From Bacilli bacterium (GTDB lineage Bacteria > Bacillota_I > Bacilli_A > RF39 > UBA660), in the NCBI GenBank assembly GCA_017416535.1, contig JAFQCG010000001.1, positions 139,013-203,012 on the forward strand: DNA of 64,000 nt, read 5' to 3'. The notes under the pieces are model-generated. The model did no database searches and was not told where the DNA came from. It saw only the letters and a list, made by a program, of their open reading frames with translations. Below, piece after piece: positions 1-9,591 of this stretch (position 1 is the stretch's first letter; every line of letters starts with the position of its first letter). The position numbers were made by a program, and so were the translations under genes.

Positions 1-253
1 GAGGTTTTATTACATCATTGCTTACGGAAAAAGATAATCCTTCAGCTTGATTTGGCCCATGATATGGATCTTGACCAAGTATAACTACTTTTACATCATC
101 GAAACTTGTGTATCTAAAGGCATTAAATACTTCATTTTGTTTTGGATATATTACTTTTTCTCTATATTCTTTTTTTATGTAATCCATTAAATTAAGAAAA
201 TACTCTTTTTGATATTCTTCTTTTAAAATCATATCCCAACTATTACCAATCAT
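1..253 (-). CDS. ung: uracil-DNA glycosylase, N-terminal part (C-terminus runs off the window start)
   Basis: Minus-strand translation from ATG 253 gives MIGNSWDMILKEEYQKEYFLNLMDYIKKE...LGQDPYHGPNQAEGLSFSV, the family-1 UDG motif GQDPYH. An RBS GGAGGA lies upstream (rc of 258-263). Confidence 0.8.
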   Translation of the reverse strand, partial: MIGNSWDMILKEEYQKEYFLNLMDYIKKEYREKVIYPKQNEVFNAFRYTSFDDVKVVILGQDPYHGPNQAEGLSFSVSNDVIKP

Positions 254-261
254 ATTTCCTC

Positions 262-717
262 CTATTTGTGATAACTCTCATTATTAATTATTTTATATGC
301 TCTATATATTTGTTCTAGTAAAAATACTCTAAATAATTGATGTGGAAATGTCATTTTTGAAAATGATAGATGTAATTTTGCTTTACTTTTAATTTCATCA
401 CTTAATCCATAACTACCACCAATTATAAATACAATATTACTACTTTCTATTTGTATCTGATTTAGCTTTGTTGCGAATTCTTCTGAAGTAAAAGATTTTC
501 CTTCTATTTCTAGGGTAATAATATAATCTTTAGATGATAAATATTTATTTATCTTTTCGCCTTCTAAATTAATAGCTTTTTGTTCTTCTACAAGTCCTTC
601 ATCTTTTACTTCAATTAGTTCAATATTAGTATATTTTTTTAAACGTTTTAAATATTCTTCTATAGCTTCTTTTAGATATTTTTCTTTAATTGTACCTACA
701 GTTATAATTTTTATCAT
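262..717 (-). CDS. rlmH: 23S rRNA (pseudouridine1915-N3)-methyltransferase RlmH (SPOUT)
   Basis: 151 aa, MIKIITVGTIKEKYLKEAIEEYLKRL... typical of RlmH/YbeA. It sits next to a yycJ-like gene, as yydA does in Bacillus. Confidence 0.8.
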   Translation of the reverse strand: MIKIITVGTIKEKYLKEAIEEYLKRLKKYTNIELIEVKDEGLVEEQKAINLEGEKINKYLSSKDYIITLEIEGKSFTSEEFATKLNQIQIESSNIVFIIGGSYGLSDEIKSKAKLHLSFSKMTFPHQLFRVFLLEQIYRAYKIINNESYHK

Positions 718-718
718 A

Positions 719-1474
719 TTATACCTCTATAAATTCGCTTTCTTCATATTGTTTGGCAATAAGTATTCTTACTTTTTCGTTATTTATTTCTTCTTTTGTA
801 CATTTATACGCTAATTCTTCAGTGTTGTTTTTTTCACTTATATGCGCAAGAATTATATATTTAGTTTTATTTCCTATTATTTTAGATAAGTATTTTGATG
901 TTGTGGTGTTAGATAAGTGTCCTTTGTCACTTATTACTCTTTCTTTTAGGAATCTTGGATAAGGACCATCCATTAACATTACTTCATCATGATTACTTTC
1001 TATTAAGTATAAGTCTTTATTTTCCATTTTTTTTAGATATTTTCTATTTATATAACCTGTATCTGTAACATATACAATACTTTTTTCATTTTGTGTAATT
1101 ATAAAACCTATAGAATATGGAGCATCATGTGATGTGTGAATTAACTCTATTTCTGTATCATTTGTTTTAAATTTGTCATCTATAAACTCACATCTATCTT
1201 TTGGTACTATTTCTTTTATACCATCATACATTTCTATAGGAATAAATACTTTGATATGTGTTTTTTTAATTAGAGATGCTAGACCACTAATGTGGTCTTT
1301 GTGATTATGTGTTATTAATATTCCAGTGAATTGGTCAAAAGAAAGGGAATTTTCTTCTAAACTTCTTTTCAAAGTTAAGTAGGAAATTCCCATGTCTATT
1401 ATAAATTTTGTCTCATCACATAAGACGATTGAACAATTTCCTTTTGAACCACTGGCTATTGTTTTTAACTTCAT
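719..1474 (-). CDS. MBL-fold metallo-hydrolase (WalJ/YycJ-like)
   Basis: 251 aa with an HxHxDH motif (ITHNHKDHISG). Position between rlmH and the dnaB-proximal genes mirrors yycJ. Confidence 0.75.
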   Translation of the reverse strand: MKLKTIASGSKGNCSIVLCDETKFIIDMGISYLTLKRSLEENSLSFDQFTGILITHNHKDHISGLASLIKKTHIKVFIPIEMYDGIKEIVPKDRCEFIDDKFKTNDTEIELIHTSHDAPYSIGFIITQNEKSIVYVTDTGYINRKYLKKMENKDLYLIESNHDEVMLMDGPYPRFLKERVISDKGHLSNTTTSKYLSKIIGNKTKYIILAHISEKNNTEELAYKCTKEEINNEKVRILIAKQYEESEFIEV

Positions 1475-1475
1475 A

Positions 1476-2987
1476 TTAGTAGAATTGCATTGGGTTTAAA
1501 ACCGTTCCTCTGTGAGGATATCCTTTCCAAATTGCAAAGTGTAAGTGTACTCCTGTTGCAGCTCCGGTTTTACCCATACCTCCAATTGGTTGTCCTTTTT
1601 CTACTACATCTCCTGTTTTTACATATCTACATCCTGGACACATATGTGCATATTCTGAATAATATCCATTTCCATGGTCTATGAAAATAATTTCTCCATT
1701 CATTCCATAACCACCTGGCCATCCACCACTTCTATCTGCTTTTGACATTACAACTTTTCCTGCTTGTGCTGCGAAGATATAAGAACCTTGACCACATCCG
1801 GCAATATCAATTCCTTTGTGTAATGATCCCCAACGCCATCCAAAGTAACTAGATACTGAACTACATGTTGCTGGCCATCCCCAAGATCCTGAAACAGAAA
1901 CATGATTTCCATATCCATGACCATAGCTTTTTTTACCTTTTACTATTACTTCATTAATTGCCTCTTTTATTACTTCAGTACTTATTGGCTCAATTGTTTT
2001 TGTTGCTCCATTAACCTTATAAACTCTTTGTGTTACTCTGTTTTCACCATCTCTACCTTTTTGTTTTGTAACTTGGTATCCTACAAATTGATTGCTATCA
2101 TATTTTACTTCTGTTGAGTATTTTTTCTTAACTCTTGATACTACATAATCTTGTTCAACAACGTTAATTTGAGGGTTAAGAACTCCAATATTAACTGGTT
2201 GTCCTGGTGCTAATAAACTATTTTCATCAGTGTATGAAGGATTTGCAATTAAAAATTCTTCTGTTGACATCTTATTATTAAATGCGATATCAGAAATTGT
2301 ATCTCCTGATTTAACGATGTATTCTTTTTGTTTCTCTGTTGTTCCAAAGATTAAGTATTGACTTAGTTCAACATCATCTTGATATATTTTTTCATCTACT
2401 GGAATATTTTGTTTTTTTATTGTTACTTTGTTCTCTAAGTATATTTTTTCAATTACTTTTCCTGTGTCATCAATCTTTGCTTGTGTATCATTGGCAAAAT
2501 TATTATAGTCTTCTTCTGAAATAAATGATTTTACCGAATTATCAATTGCTTCTATAAATGTATCTTTTTCAATTACATATACTGTTTGGTTCTTTATTTC
2601 ACTTTCTATTTGTGTACTACCTTCAGTTGCAGCAACACCTTTAATTGTTATTTTATAACCATTAATTGTAAAAGGTGATGTCCCTTCTATTTTATTGTAA
2701 ATCTTTTTAATACTTGTTGTATCTTCATTAAATGTTATTTCTTTTACTATATCGATATCTTCTGGAGCATATACCTTTTCTACTCCATATTCTTCTTTGA
2801 TTTGTTTTTGCTTCTTATTGATATAATTTTCTAAAGATGCTTTAGATTTTATAATTCCTAAAGACTTTCCTTTTAAATAAACTCTGTATACTGTTTTGGG
2901 AGCTTTTATTTTAAATGAAAACCCTACTGATAAGAATGCTGATAATACAATCATTATAATTGCTATTATTTTTAATTTTTTAGACAT
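1476..2987 (-). CDS. membrane-anchored LysM-domain M23 family metallopeptidase
   Basis: N-terminal TM; LysM-like segment YIVKSGDTISDIAFNNKMSTEEFLIANP...GQPVNIGVLNP; C-terminal M23 motifs (GIDIAG..., HLHFAIW). Start set to ATG 2987, which has a GGAGGGG RBS, rather than the upstream GTG. Confidence 0.75.
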   Translation of the reverse strand: MSKKLKIIAIIMIVLSAFLSVGFSFKIKAPKTVYRVYLKGKSLGIIKSKASLENYINKKQKQIKEEYGVEKVYAPEDIDIVKEITFNEDTTSIKKIYNKIEGTSPFTINGYKITIKGVAATEGSTQIESEIKNQTVYVIEKDTFIEAIDNSVKSFISEEDYNNFANDTQAKIDDTGKVIEKIYLENKVTIKKQNIPVDEKIYQDDVELSQYLIFGTTEKQKEYIVKSGDTISDIAFNNKMSTEEFLIANPSYTDENSLLAPGQPVNIGVLNPQINVVEQDYVVSRVKKKYSTEVKYDSNQFVGYQVTKQKGRDGENRVTQRVYKVNGATKTIEPISTEVIKEAINEVIVKGKKSYGHGYGNHVSVSGSWGWPATCSSVSSYFGWRWGSLHKGIDIAGCGQGSYIFAAQAGKVVMSKADRSGGWPGGYGMNGEIIFIDHGNGYYSEYAHMCPGCRYVKTGDVVEKGQPIGGMGKTGAATGVHLHFAIWKGYPHRGTVLNPMQFY

Positions 2988-2988
2988 T

Positions 2989-4341
2989 TTACCCCTCCAC
3001 ACTCTCTCGATCTTTTCTTAAGTTCAAGAATGTTGATGTATTCTTTTTAAATAATAGTTCTACTGTAGCAGTTGGCCCATTACGGTGCTTTCCTATAATG
3101 AATTCACTGATACTATTATTATCTTCTGTTCTTGCTTCTTTGTTATAGTAATCATCTCTATATAAGAAACCTACTATATCAGCATCTTGTTCAATTGATC
3201 CTGATTCACGCAAGTCACTCATTAATGGTCTTTTATCTTCACGACCTTCAACACTACGTGATAATTGTGATAAGGCAATTACTGGAACACCAAGTTCTAA
3301 TGCAAGTGTTTTTAAACTTCTAGAAATGTCTGAAACTTCTTGTTGACGATTTGTTCCATAATTTTTACCACCTGAAATAAGTTGTAGGTAGTCAATTACA
3401 ACTAATGCTAATCCTTTTTCGCTACTTGCTAAACGTCTACATTTTGCTCTAATTTCTCCTATTGTTATACCTGGAGTATCATCTATTACTAAATTTGTAT
3501 TTGCAAGTTGTGATACAGCTTCATTTATTCTTTTCCAATCATTATTCATTAAATTTCCTGTACGTAATTTAAATCCTTCTAATTGTCCTACTGAAGATAA
3601 AATACGCATTGCTAATTGTTCTGCAGACATTTCTAAGTTAAACACCGCAACAGATTTATCTTGCGTCATAGCAACATGTGTAGCTAAATTTAAAGCAAAT
3701 GCTGTTTTTCCCATTGCTGGACGTGCGGCAATAATAATAAATTCATTTGGATGAAGTCCTGTTGTCAATTTATCAAAGTCATACCATCCTGTTGCTAAAC
3801 CAGTAATTTCACCTTTATTTTCAGACAATCTTTCTAGGTCTGATTGTGTTTTTGCTAATACATCTTTTATACTTCTGAATTCACTTGATTTACGATTTTT
3901 TACTATATTTAGAATTTTCTTTTCTGAACTATCTAATATTTCATTTACTGTTTCATCCGTTCTATATCCTTCTGTTGCAATTTCTGTTGCTGTTTCGATT
4001 AATCTACGAAGTAGAGCTGCTTCTTCAACTGTTTTTATATAATAATCTATATTACTTGCAGTTGGTACAAAATTTACAATTTCTGTTAGGTATTCTACTC
4101 CACCCACTTCAGTAAGTTCATTTTTCTTCTTTAAAGCACTTGTTACTGTTGTCAAATCTATTGGTGTGTGTTCTTCCATTAGAGCGATCATAGTAGCAAA
4201 AATTTTACCATTTTTGTCATTGTAAAACGCTTCTGGTGATAAATTTTCCCCTGCTTTTTGTAAAGCATATTTTGAAAGGAAACATGCACCTAGAACAGAT
4301 TGTTCTGCTTCTAAATTGTTCGGTAAAATTCTACCATTCAT
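2989..4341 (-). CDS. dnaB: replicative DNA helicase DnaB (DnaC of B. subtilis)
   Basis: 450 aa. N-terminus LEAEQSVLGACFL, plus Walker A GKTAFALNLA and other RecA-like helicase motifs. Confidence 0.9.
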   Translation of the reverse strand: MNGRILPNNLEAEQSVLGACFLSKYALQKAGENLSPEAFYNDKNGKIFATMIALMEEHTPIDLTTVTSALKKKNELTEVGGVEYLTEIVNFVPTASNIDYYIKTVEEAALLRRLIETATEIATEGYRTDETVNEILDSSEKKILNIVKNRKSSEFRSIKDVLAKTQSDLERLSENKGEITGLATGWYDFDKLTTGLHPNEFIIIAARPAMGKTAFALNLATHVAMTQDKSVAVFNLEMSAEQLAMRILSSVGQLEGFKLRTGNLMNNDWKRINEAVSQLANTNLVIDDTPGITIGEIRAKCRRLASSEKGLALVVIDYLQLISGGKNYGTNRQQEVSDISRSLKTLALELGVPVIALSQLSRSVEGREDKRPLMSDLRESGSIEQDADIVGFLYRDDYYNKEARTEDNNSISEFIIGKHRNGPTATVELLFKKNTSTFLNLRKDRESVEG

Positions 4342-4351
4342 ATTATCACCT

Positions 4352-4801
4352 CTACTTTACTACGTGTACTTTGATTGTTGCTGTTATACCTGGATAAAGT
4401 TTGATATCAACATTATGAAATCCAAGTGATGAAATTGAATTTGTGATATCAATTTGACTTTTATCTATTTTAAAATTTTTCTTTTGTAGTTCATCTTTTA
4501 TTTGTTTTACACTAATACTCCCGAAGACTTTGTCTCCTTCTCCTGTTTTTACTTTAAATTCTAAAACCACTTTGTCTAATTCTGATTTTAATGCTGTTGC
4601 TTGCTTTTTACTTTCAGCATCTTGTGCAGCTTTATTTCGTTGTTCACATTCAAGTTTTGCTAGACTTTCTTTTGTTTTCTTTACTGCATATCCTTGTTTG
4701 ATTAAGAAGTTTTCTGCGTAACCATCTTTTACATTTTTTATTTGACCCTTTTTACCTTGGTTTTTTAAATCTTTTATGAAGATTACTTCCATCTTACTCA
4801 C
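4352..4801 (-). CDS. rplI: 50S ribosomal protein L9
   Basis: 149 aa, [36 protein letters not shown]. Confidence 0.9.
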   Translation of the reverse strand: MSKMEVIFIKDLKNQGKKGQIKNVKDGYAENFLIKQGYAVKKTKESLAKLECEQRNKAAQDAESKKQATALKSELDKVVLEFKVKTGEGDKVFGSISVKQIKDELQKKNFKIDKSQIDITNSISSLGFHNVDIKLYPGITATIKVHVVK

Positions 4802-5780
4802 CCATTTCTTTTATTGTATTTTTAAGTAATTTTTCAACATTACTTATTGTTGTATCTTCGAATTTAGCAGCTCCATTGTAATCACTGCCTCCTCCGCCTA
4901 TTTTTTCTAAGATTTTATTTATTTCATAATTTCCTAGACTTCTTGCACTGACACCTACTGTATCTTTTCCTATTTTTCCTATTACAAAAGATGCTTCTAT
5001 ATTATTAAAGAATAATAATGTATCTGCTACTCTAGCTAAGTCTTCTCTTCTATAAATTGTATACGGTGTTGCTTTTGTAATTGCAATTCTTCCATTTATA
5101 GTTTCTATACCTGCTAACAACTTTTGTCTTTCAGTATATTCTTCAATATCTTGTTTTAATAAATACTGTACTTTTTTAGCACTGGCTCCAAGACTTGATA
5201 GGTAGTATGCAGCATAATATGTACCAGGGTTTGTTTTTAATGTGAAATTATTTGTATCTAAAACTATTCCTGCTAATAGTACAGTTGCATAATATGATTC
5301 AATTTCTACATCATAAAATTCTATTAGTTCTGTAATCATTTCACATGTACTTGATACTTCTGTATCATTAATTATTATTGCATCTTTAATAGATGTTTTT
5401 GATAAATCGTGATGGTCTATAACTACCTTTTTATCAAACTTTTTTAATAATTCTTTGCTTTGAACTAGTTCTGGTTTGTTTGTATCTAAAATCATCAGTA
5501 AGTTTTTAGATTCGCGAGGATACATATATTTTTCAATATCTTCACTTTTTATAATTGTTATACATCCTTCTAATTCTCTTAAAACTTTTTCAACACCTAA
5601 TTCGTGTGTTATGTCATCTACTACAATGTAACAATTCTTTCTTTTTCCTTTTAAAATTAGATACATTCCAATAGAACTTCCTAAGGCGTCTAAATCTAAA
5701 TCTTTATGTGCCATTAAAAATATTGTTTTCGCATTATTTATTGCTTTATTTAGAGCATTTCTTTGTTTAATTATTGACAT
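4794..5780 (-). CDS. DHH/DHHA1 family phosphoesterase (GdpP C-terminal-like; no TM/PAS/GGDEF part)
   Basis: DHH motif [14 protein letters not shown] and DHHA1 [11 protein letters not shown]. Occupies the gdpP position between rplI and rpsR. ATG 5780 has a strong AAGGAGG RBS; the upstream in-frame TTG would overlap rplI. Confidence 0.75.
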   Translation of the reverse strand: MSIIKQRNALNKAINNAKTIFLMAHKDLDLDALGSSIGMYLILKGKRKNCYIVVDDITHELGVEKVLRELEGCITIIKSEDIEKYMYPRESKNLLMILDTNKPELVQSKELLKKFDKKVVIDHHDLSKTSIKDAIIINDTEVSSTCEMITELIEFYDVEIESYYATVLLAGIVLDTNNFTLKTNPGTYYAAYYLSSLGASAKKVQYLLKQDIEEYTERQKLLAGIETINGRIAITKATPYTIYRREDLARVADTLLFFNNIEASFVIGKIGKDTVGVSARSLGNYEINKILEKIGGGGSDYNGAAKFEDTTISNVEKLLKNTIKEMGE

Positions 5781-5842
5781 ATAGACCTCCTTTAAAGTAT
5801 CACTTTTATTATATAATACATTGGGTCTTTTGTAAAACAAAA

Positions 5843-5866
5843 AAGCAGCCTAGAATTAGGCTACTT
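5843..5866 (-). terminator. rho-independent terminator downstream of rpsR
   Basis: Hairpin GCAGCCTA-GAAT-TAGGCTAC followed by a T-run on the minus strand. Confidence 0.55.
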
Positions 5867-5867
5867 A

Positions 5868-6083
5868 TTATCTTGAATAAGGCATTAATGCGATTGCACG
5901 TGCTCTTTTTACTTGTTTTGAAACATGTCTTTGATGTAATGCACAAGTTCCAGTTACTCTTCTTGGTACGATTTTACCCTTTTCATTTGTATATCTTCTT
6001 AGAGTTTCAACGTCTTTATAATCAACTGTTTTACCAGCACACATCATACAGATTTTTTTCTTTCTACGATTGAATTCTGCCAT
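5868..6083 (-). CDS. rpsR: 30S ribosomal protein S18
   Basis: 71 aa, [18 protein letters not shown]...[29 protein letters not shown]. Confidence 0.9.
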   Translation of the reverse strand: MAEFNRRKKKICMMCAGKTVDYKDVETLRRYTNEKGKIVPRRVTGTCALHQRHVSKQVKRARAIALMPYSR

Positions 6084-6103
6084 TTTAAATCCTCCTTTTT
6101 AGA

Positions 6104-6589
6104 TTAGAATGGTAATTCGTCATCACTGATTTCGATACTTGCTCCGAAGTCAGCAAACGGATTACTGTCTACGTCTGTTCCTTTTGGTTCTGGAGTTTCT
6201 CCAAAATCATAAGGACTTGGCCCTGCAGCGTAATCTGCTGAACCACCCATGTTATTAGAATTTCCTGAGGAATTACGTGATCCTAAAAATTCAACGTTAT
6301 CAGCAACTACTTCAGTAACATATACTTTCTTTCCATCTTGTCCATCATAGTTTCTTGTTTGAATTCTACCTTCTATTGCAACTTGGCTACCTTTTGTTAA
6401 GTAGTTTTTACAATTTTCAGCTTGTTTTCTCCATACAATAATATTGATGAAATCAGCTTCTCTTTCTCCTGCTTGGTTTGTAAAATTTCTATTTACAGCA
6501 ATTGAGAATGTAGCTGTTGGAATATTGCTACCTGTATATCTCAATTCAGGATCTCTTGTTAATCTTCCTATTAAAAAAACTTTATTCAT
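6104..6589 (-). CDS. ssb: single-stranded DNA-binding protein
   Basis: 161 aa OB-fold (MNKVFLIGRLTRDPELRYT), glycine-rich tail and acidic C-terminal tip DDELPF. Confidence 0.9.
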   Translation of the reverse strand: MNKVFLIGRLTRDPELRYTGSNIPTATFSIAVNRNFTNQAGEREADFINIIVWRKQAENCKNYLTKGSQVAIEGRIQTRNYDGQDGKKVYVTEVVADNVEFLGSRNSSGNSNNMGGSADYAAGPSPYDFGETPEPKGTDVDSNPFADFGASIEISDDELPF

Positions 6590-6605
6590 AACATACCTCT
6601 TTTTC

Positions 6606-6893
6606 TTAGTCTTCTACTTTTACAACTAAATGACGAAGTAGACTTTCATTGATTCTAGCAACACGATCAAATTCTTTAACTGCTGCTGAGTCTGCTTCAA
6701 CTACGAATAAGTAGTAATATCCTGTTGAGAATTTGTTGATTTCATAAGCTAGTTCTCTTTGTCCCATAGCTTTTTCTTCAACGATTGTTGCATTTTTTTC
6801 TGTTAAAACCTTTTTTGCTTCTTCTGCAGTATTTTTGATTTCTGCTTCTTCCATGTCTGGTCTAACAATGAACATGATTTCATATTTATTCAT
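6606..6893 (-). CDS. rpsF: 30S ribosomal protein S6
   Basis: MNKYEIMFIVRPDMEEAE...GQRELAYEI. Start moved to ATG 6893, which has an AAGGAGGTG RBS; the listed ORF start further upstream reads through leader sequence. Confidence 0.9.
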   Translation of the reverse strand: MNKYEIMFIVRPDMEEAEIKNTAEEAKKVLTEKNATIVEEKAMGQRELAYEINKFSTGYYYLFVVEADSAAVKEFDRVARINESLLRHLVVKVED

Positions 6894-6938
6894 CTTTGAC
6901 ACACCTCCTTTTGGACTTTTCGGCCACATTTGTGGCAA

Positions 6939-6993
6939 GGAGTATTTTAAATACTCGGATGTATTATATCAAATAGGATATTGTTTGTCCACC
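6939..6993 (-). promoter_or_regulatory. rpsF 5' leader with palindromic hairpin (possible S6:S18 autoregulatory leader)
   Basis: GCCACATTTGTGGC perfect hairpin in the rpsF 5' UTR. Structured leaders that bind S6:S18 are known upstream of rpsF in Firmicutes. Confidence 0.3.
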
Positions 6994-7767
6994 CTATTTG
7001 TAAAAAAATCCTACGAAATTTTGTCCTTTTTTATCAATATTCCCTTTTACAAATGCGCTATGTGAATAGTATAACGGGCTTGTGACTGTATCATATGGAC
7101 TTATTGTTATATTATTTATATTTAATTCATTTAGTTGCCTTATTATTGCACTTTCCATATCAATAGTATATTTTCCATTATTGTTTGTTATATTATTATC
7201 CCAAACTTTACGATTCGTTGCCCATGCTGGATATTTGTCATATATATAACTTTCTTTTTTTGAATTACTTCCAATATATACATATAAATTATCTGGTTCA
7301 CTATTGAAATTTTTAATTAATGCTTCTGCTGTTTGAAATGGTAATTCTCTATTTATATATGGTGCTCCACAATGTGATAAAGCTGTTATTCCTTGTTTTC
7401 TATCCTCTACTATAAGTATTGGACAATCTGCCATTTGATTACCTACTACAATATTTTTATGTTTTTCTTCGATTATTAATATATCTGCTGGGATTTCTAC
7501 ATACCATAAGTCATCATTATTGATGTCCTCATCTGTTATTAAATGGTATGTTCCATCTGGATAATCTAATTTATTTGTATCTGTTTTTTGTAATGCTTGT
7601 AATATCCTTTTTCCATTAAATCTAAATTTTTTTCCTATATTAAGTCTTGTTGTTAAAAATTCTTCTTTTATTTGATCTTCTGTATAATTTTCCGGATAAA
7701 ATTTAGGATTTTTGGACATTATTCCATCAGATATTCCTGTTTCAAATATTTTTATTTTTGTTTCCAT
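6994..7767 (-). CDS. hypothetical protein, weakly resembling DUF152/YfiH (PgeF) laccase-domain proteins
   Basis: 257 aa from ATG 7767. ADCPILIV...ALSHCGAPY weakly resembles ADCxPVL...AHAGWRG of YfiH. The assignment is uncertain. Confidence 0.35.
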   Translation of the reverse strand: METKIKIFETGISDGIMSKNPKFYPENYTEDQIKEEFLTTRLNIGKKFRFNGKRILQALQKTDTNKLDYPDGTYHLITDEDINNDDLWYVEIPADILIIEEKHKNIVVGNQMADCPILIVEDRKQGITALSHCGAPYINRELPFQTAEALIKNFNSEPDNLYVYIGSNSKKESYIYDKYPAWATNRKVWDNNITNNNGKYTIDMESAIIRQLNELNINNITISPYDTVTSPLYYSHSAFVKGNIDKKGQNFVGFFYK

Positions 7768-7795
7768 TGATTCTCCTTTATATAAAGAAAAGACT

Positions 7796-8896
7796 TTAGA
7801 CATTAAATCTAAAGTGACATATATCTCCATCTTGCATTAAGTAGTCTTTTCCTTCTAGTCTTGCTTTACCCGCTTCTTTTACTTTTAATTCACTTCCACA
7901 TTCTATTAAATCTTCGTATGACATAACTTCTGCTCTAATGAATCCTTTTTCAAAGTCAGTGTGAATAATTCCGGCGCATTGTTTTGCATTCATTCCTTTT
8001 TTGAATGTCCATGCTCTAACTTCATCTTTACCTACTGTGAAATATGTGGCTAGACCTAAAATGTCATATGTTGCTGTTATTAGCTTATCTAGCCCAGAAC
8101 CATCTAGTCCTAGCCCTTCTAGCATTTCTTGTTTATCTTCTTTTGATAACTCACTTAATTCTTCTTCTACTTTTGCACATAAACTAACTACCTTAGCATT
8201 CTCTTTTTCAGCATATTCTCTAACTTGCTTTACATAATCGTTATCGGGATTACCTAATTCATCTTCTTTGATATTTGCTAAATAAATAATTGGTTTTAGT
8301 GTTAAAAAGCTATATGATTTTAGTAATTTTAGCTCATCATCACTATATTCAACTTGGCGTAATGGTTTATTTTCTAAAAGTGCTGCTTTTGATTTTTCTA
8401 ATGCCTCTACTTCTGTTATATCATCTTTATTTTTTGTAGTTCTAGCTTTTTTAGCAACTCTTTCTAATCTATTATTAATAACATCTAAATCTGCTATTGC
8501 TAATTCAAGATTTATTGTTTCTATATCTCTAATTGGATCTGGTGCTCCATCTACGTGAATTATTTTTCCATCATCAAAACATCTTACTACTTCAACAATT
8601 GCATCGACTTCTCTTATGTGTGACAAAAACTTATTCCCTAAACCTTCTCCTTGTGATGCACCTTTTACTAATCCTGCTATATCAGTAAATTCATATGCTG
8701 TTGGGATGAATTTATTTGGTTCGTACATTTCATTTAATTTATCCATTCTTTCGTCTGGAACTGTTACTACTCCAACATTTGGTTCAATTGTTGCGAAAGG
8801 ATAATTTTCTGCTAATATCTTTTGATTTGTTATTGCGTTAAAAAGTGTTGATTTACCAACATTTGGTAATCCAACAATTCCTGCTGTTAAACTCAT
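7796..8896 (-). CDS. ychF: ribosome-binding ATPase YchF
   Basis: 366 aa, MSLTAGIVGLPNVGKSTLFNAIT G1 motif, C-terminal TGS domain. Confidence 0.9.
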   Translation of the reverse strand: MSLTAGIVGLPNVGKSTLFNAITNQKILAENYPFATIEPNVGVVTVPDERMDKLNEMYEPNKFIPTAYEFTDIAGLVKGASQGEGLGNKFLSHIREVDAIVEVVRCFDDGKIIHVDGAPDPIRDIETINLELAIADLDVINNRLERVAKKARTTKNKDDITEVEALEKSKAALLENKPLRQVEYSDDELKLLKSYSFLTLKPIIYLANIKEDELGNPDNDYVKQVREYAEKENAKVVSLCAKVEEELSELSKEDKQEMLEGLGLDGSGLDKLITATYDILGLATYFTVGKDEVRAWTFKKGMNAKQCAGIIHTDFEKGFIRAEVMSYEDLIECGSELKVKEAGKARLEGKDYLMQDGDICHFRFNV

Positions 8897-8931
8897 ATTT
8901 ATACCTCTTTTCTTTTTCCTTTTTTATTATA

Positions 8932-9519
8932 TCATAATTTCATTATTTCTTTAAATAGTGGGGATTGTAAAAATTTCTGAAATGACTTTATTTCTTGTTC
9001 TTTTTGTCTTTCTCGTTCTTGCTCTATTAATTCGTAACTTGGAAATAATGGTTGTTTTCTTTTTAAAAATGTTTTTCTTCGTGGATATTTATAGGATGAA
9101 GAGAATGTATTATAAAAACCTTGTTTACTAAAGAAATGTGTAGCATTACTTATACATTCTAATGTAATATCACAATCTTCTGATGATGCGTATAATTTTA
9201 TTTCATCCATTAATGTTTTACCATAACCTAATTTTTGTTTGTCTTTTCTAATTACAAATTGTCCAATATGATATGTGGTTTTATTTTGTCTAGATATTGA
9301 GGCATATCCAATAAAATCATTATTATCTTCTATAATTAATATTCTTGTTGAAAGGATTGAACCATCAATTACACCATTTATTATTTTTTCTTCTTCATAT
9401 ATTGATGGTTTTAAATCAGAATTTATTCCAATGCATCCAAAATCTTCAGAATTAAATAATTTTAAGTAATTACCTTTATCTTTTTCTTCGATAAGTCTTA
9501 TATTAACTTTTTTCTTCAT
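8932..9519 (-). CDS. GNAT family N-acetyltransferase with C-terminal extension
   Basis: 195 aa. Acetyl-CoA binding-like segment QFVIRKDKQKLGYGKTLM. Confidence 0.55.
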   Translation of the reverse strand: MKKKVNIRLIEEKDKGNYLKLFNSEDFGCIGINSDLKPSIYEEEKIINGVIDGSILSTRILIIEDNNDFIGYASISRQNKTTYHIGQFVIRKDKQKLGYGKTLMDEIKLYASSEDCDITLECISNATHFFSKQGFYNTFSSSYKYPRRKTFLKRKQPLFPSYELIEQERERQKEQEIKSFQKFLQSPLFKEIMKL

Positions 9520-9564
9520 AATATCCCTGCTTTTTGTGCTATATTATATCTTTTTTTCCTTTAT

Positions 9565-9590
9565 ATAGCAATAAAAAAACACCATATGGT
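9565..9590 (-). terminator. terminator downstream of the AbgT-family gene
   Basis: ACACCATATGGTGT hairpin flanked by A/T runs. Confidence 0.5.
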
Positions 9591-9591
9591 G

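Noticed and set aside
753-962. Short plus-strand ORFs overlapping minus-strand genes (e.g. 753-962, 1490-1684, 1902-2117, 2339-2524, 3132-3323, 3885-4115, 4530-4721, 5774-6073, 6444-6629, 6835-7065, 8001-8237)
   Set aside because: All lie antisense within well-supported conserved genes. Their hydrophobic, low-complexity translations are expected in an AT-rich genome. No RBS or conservation signal.
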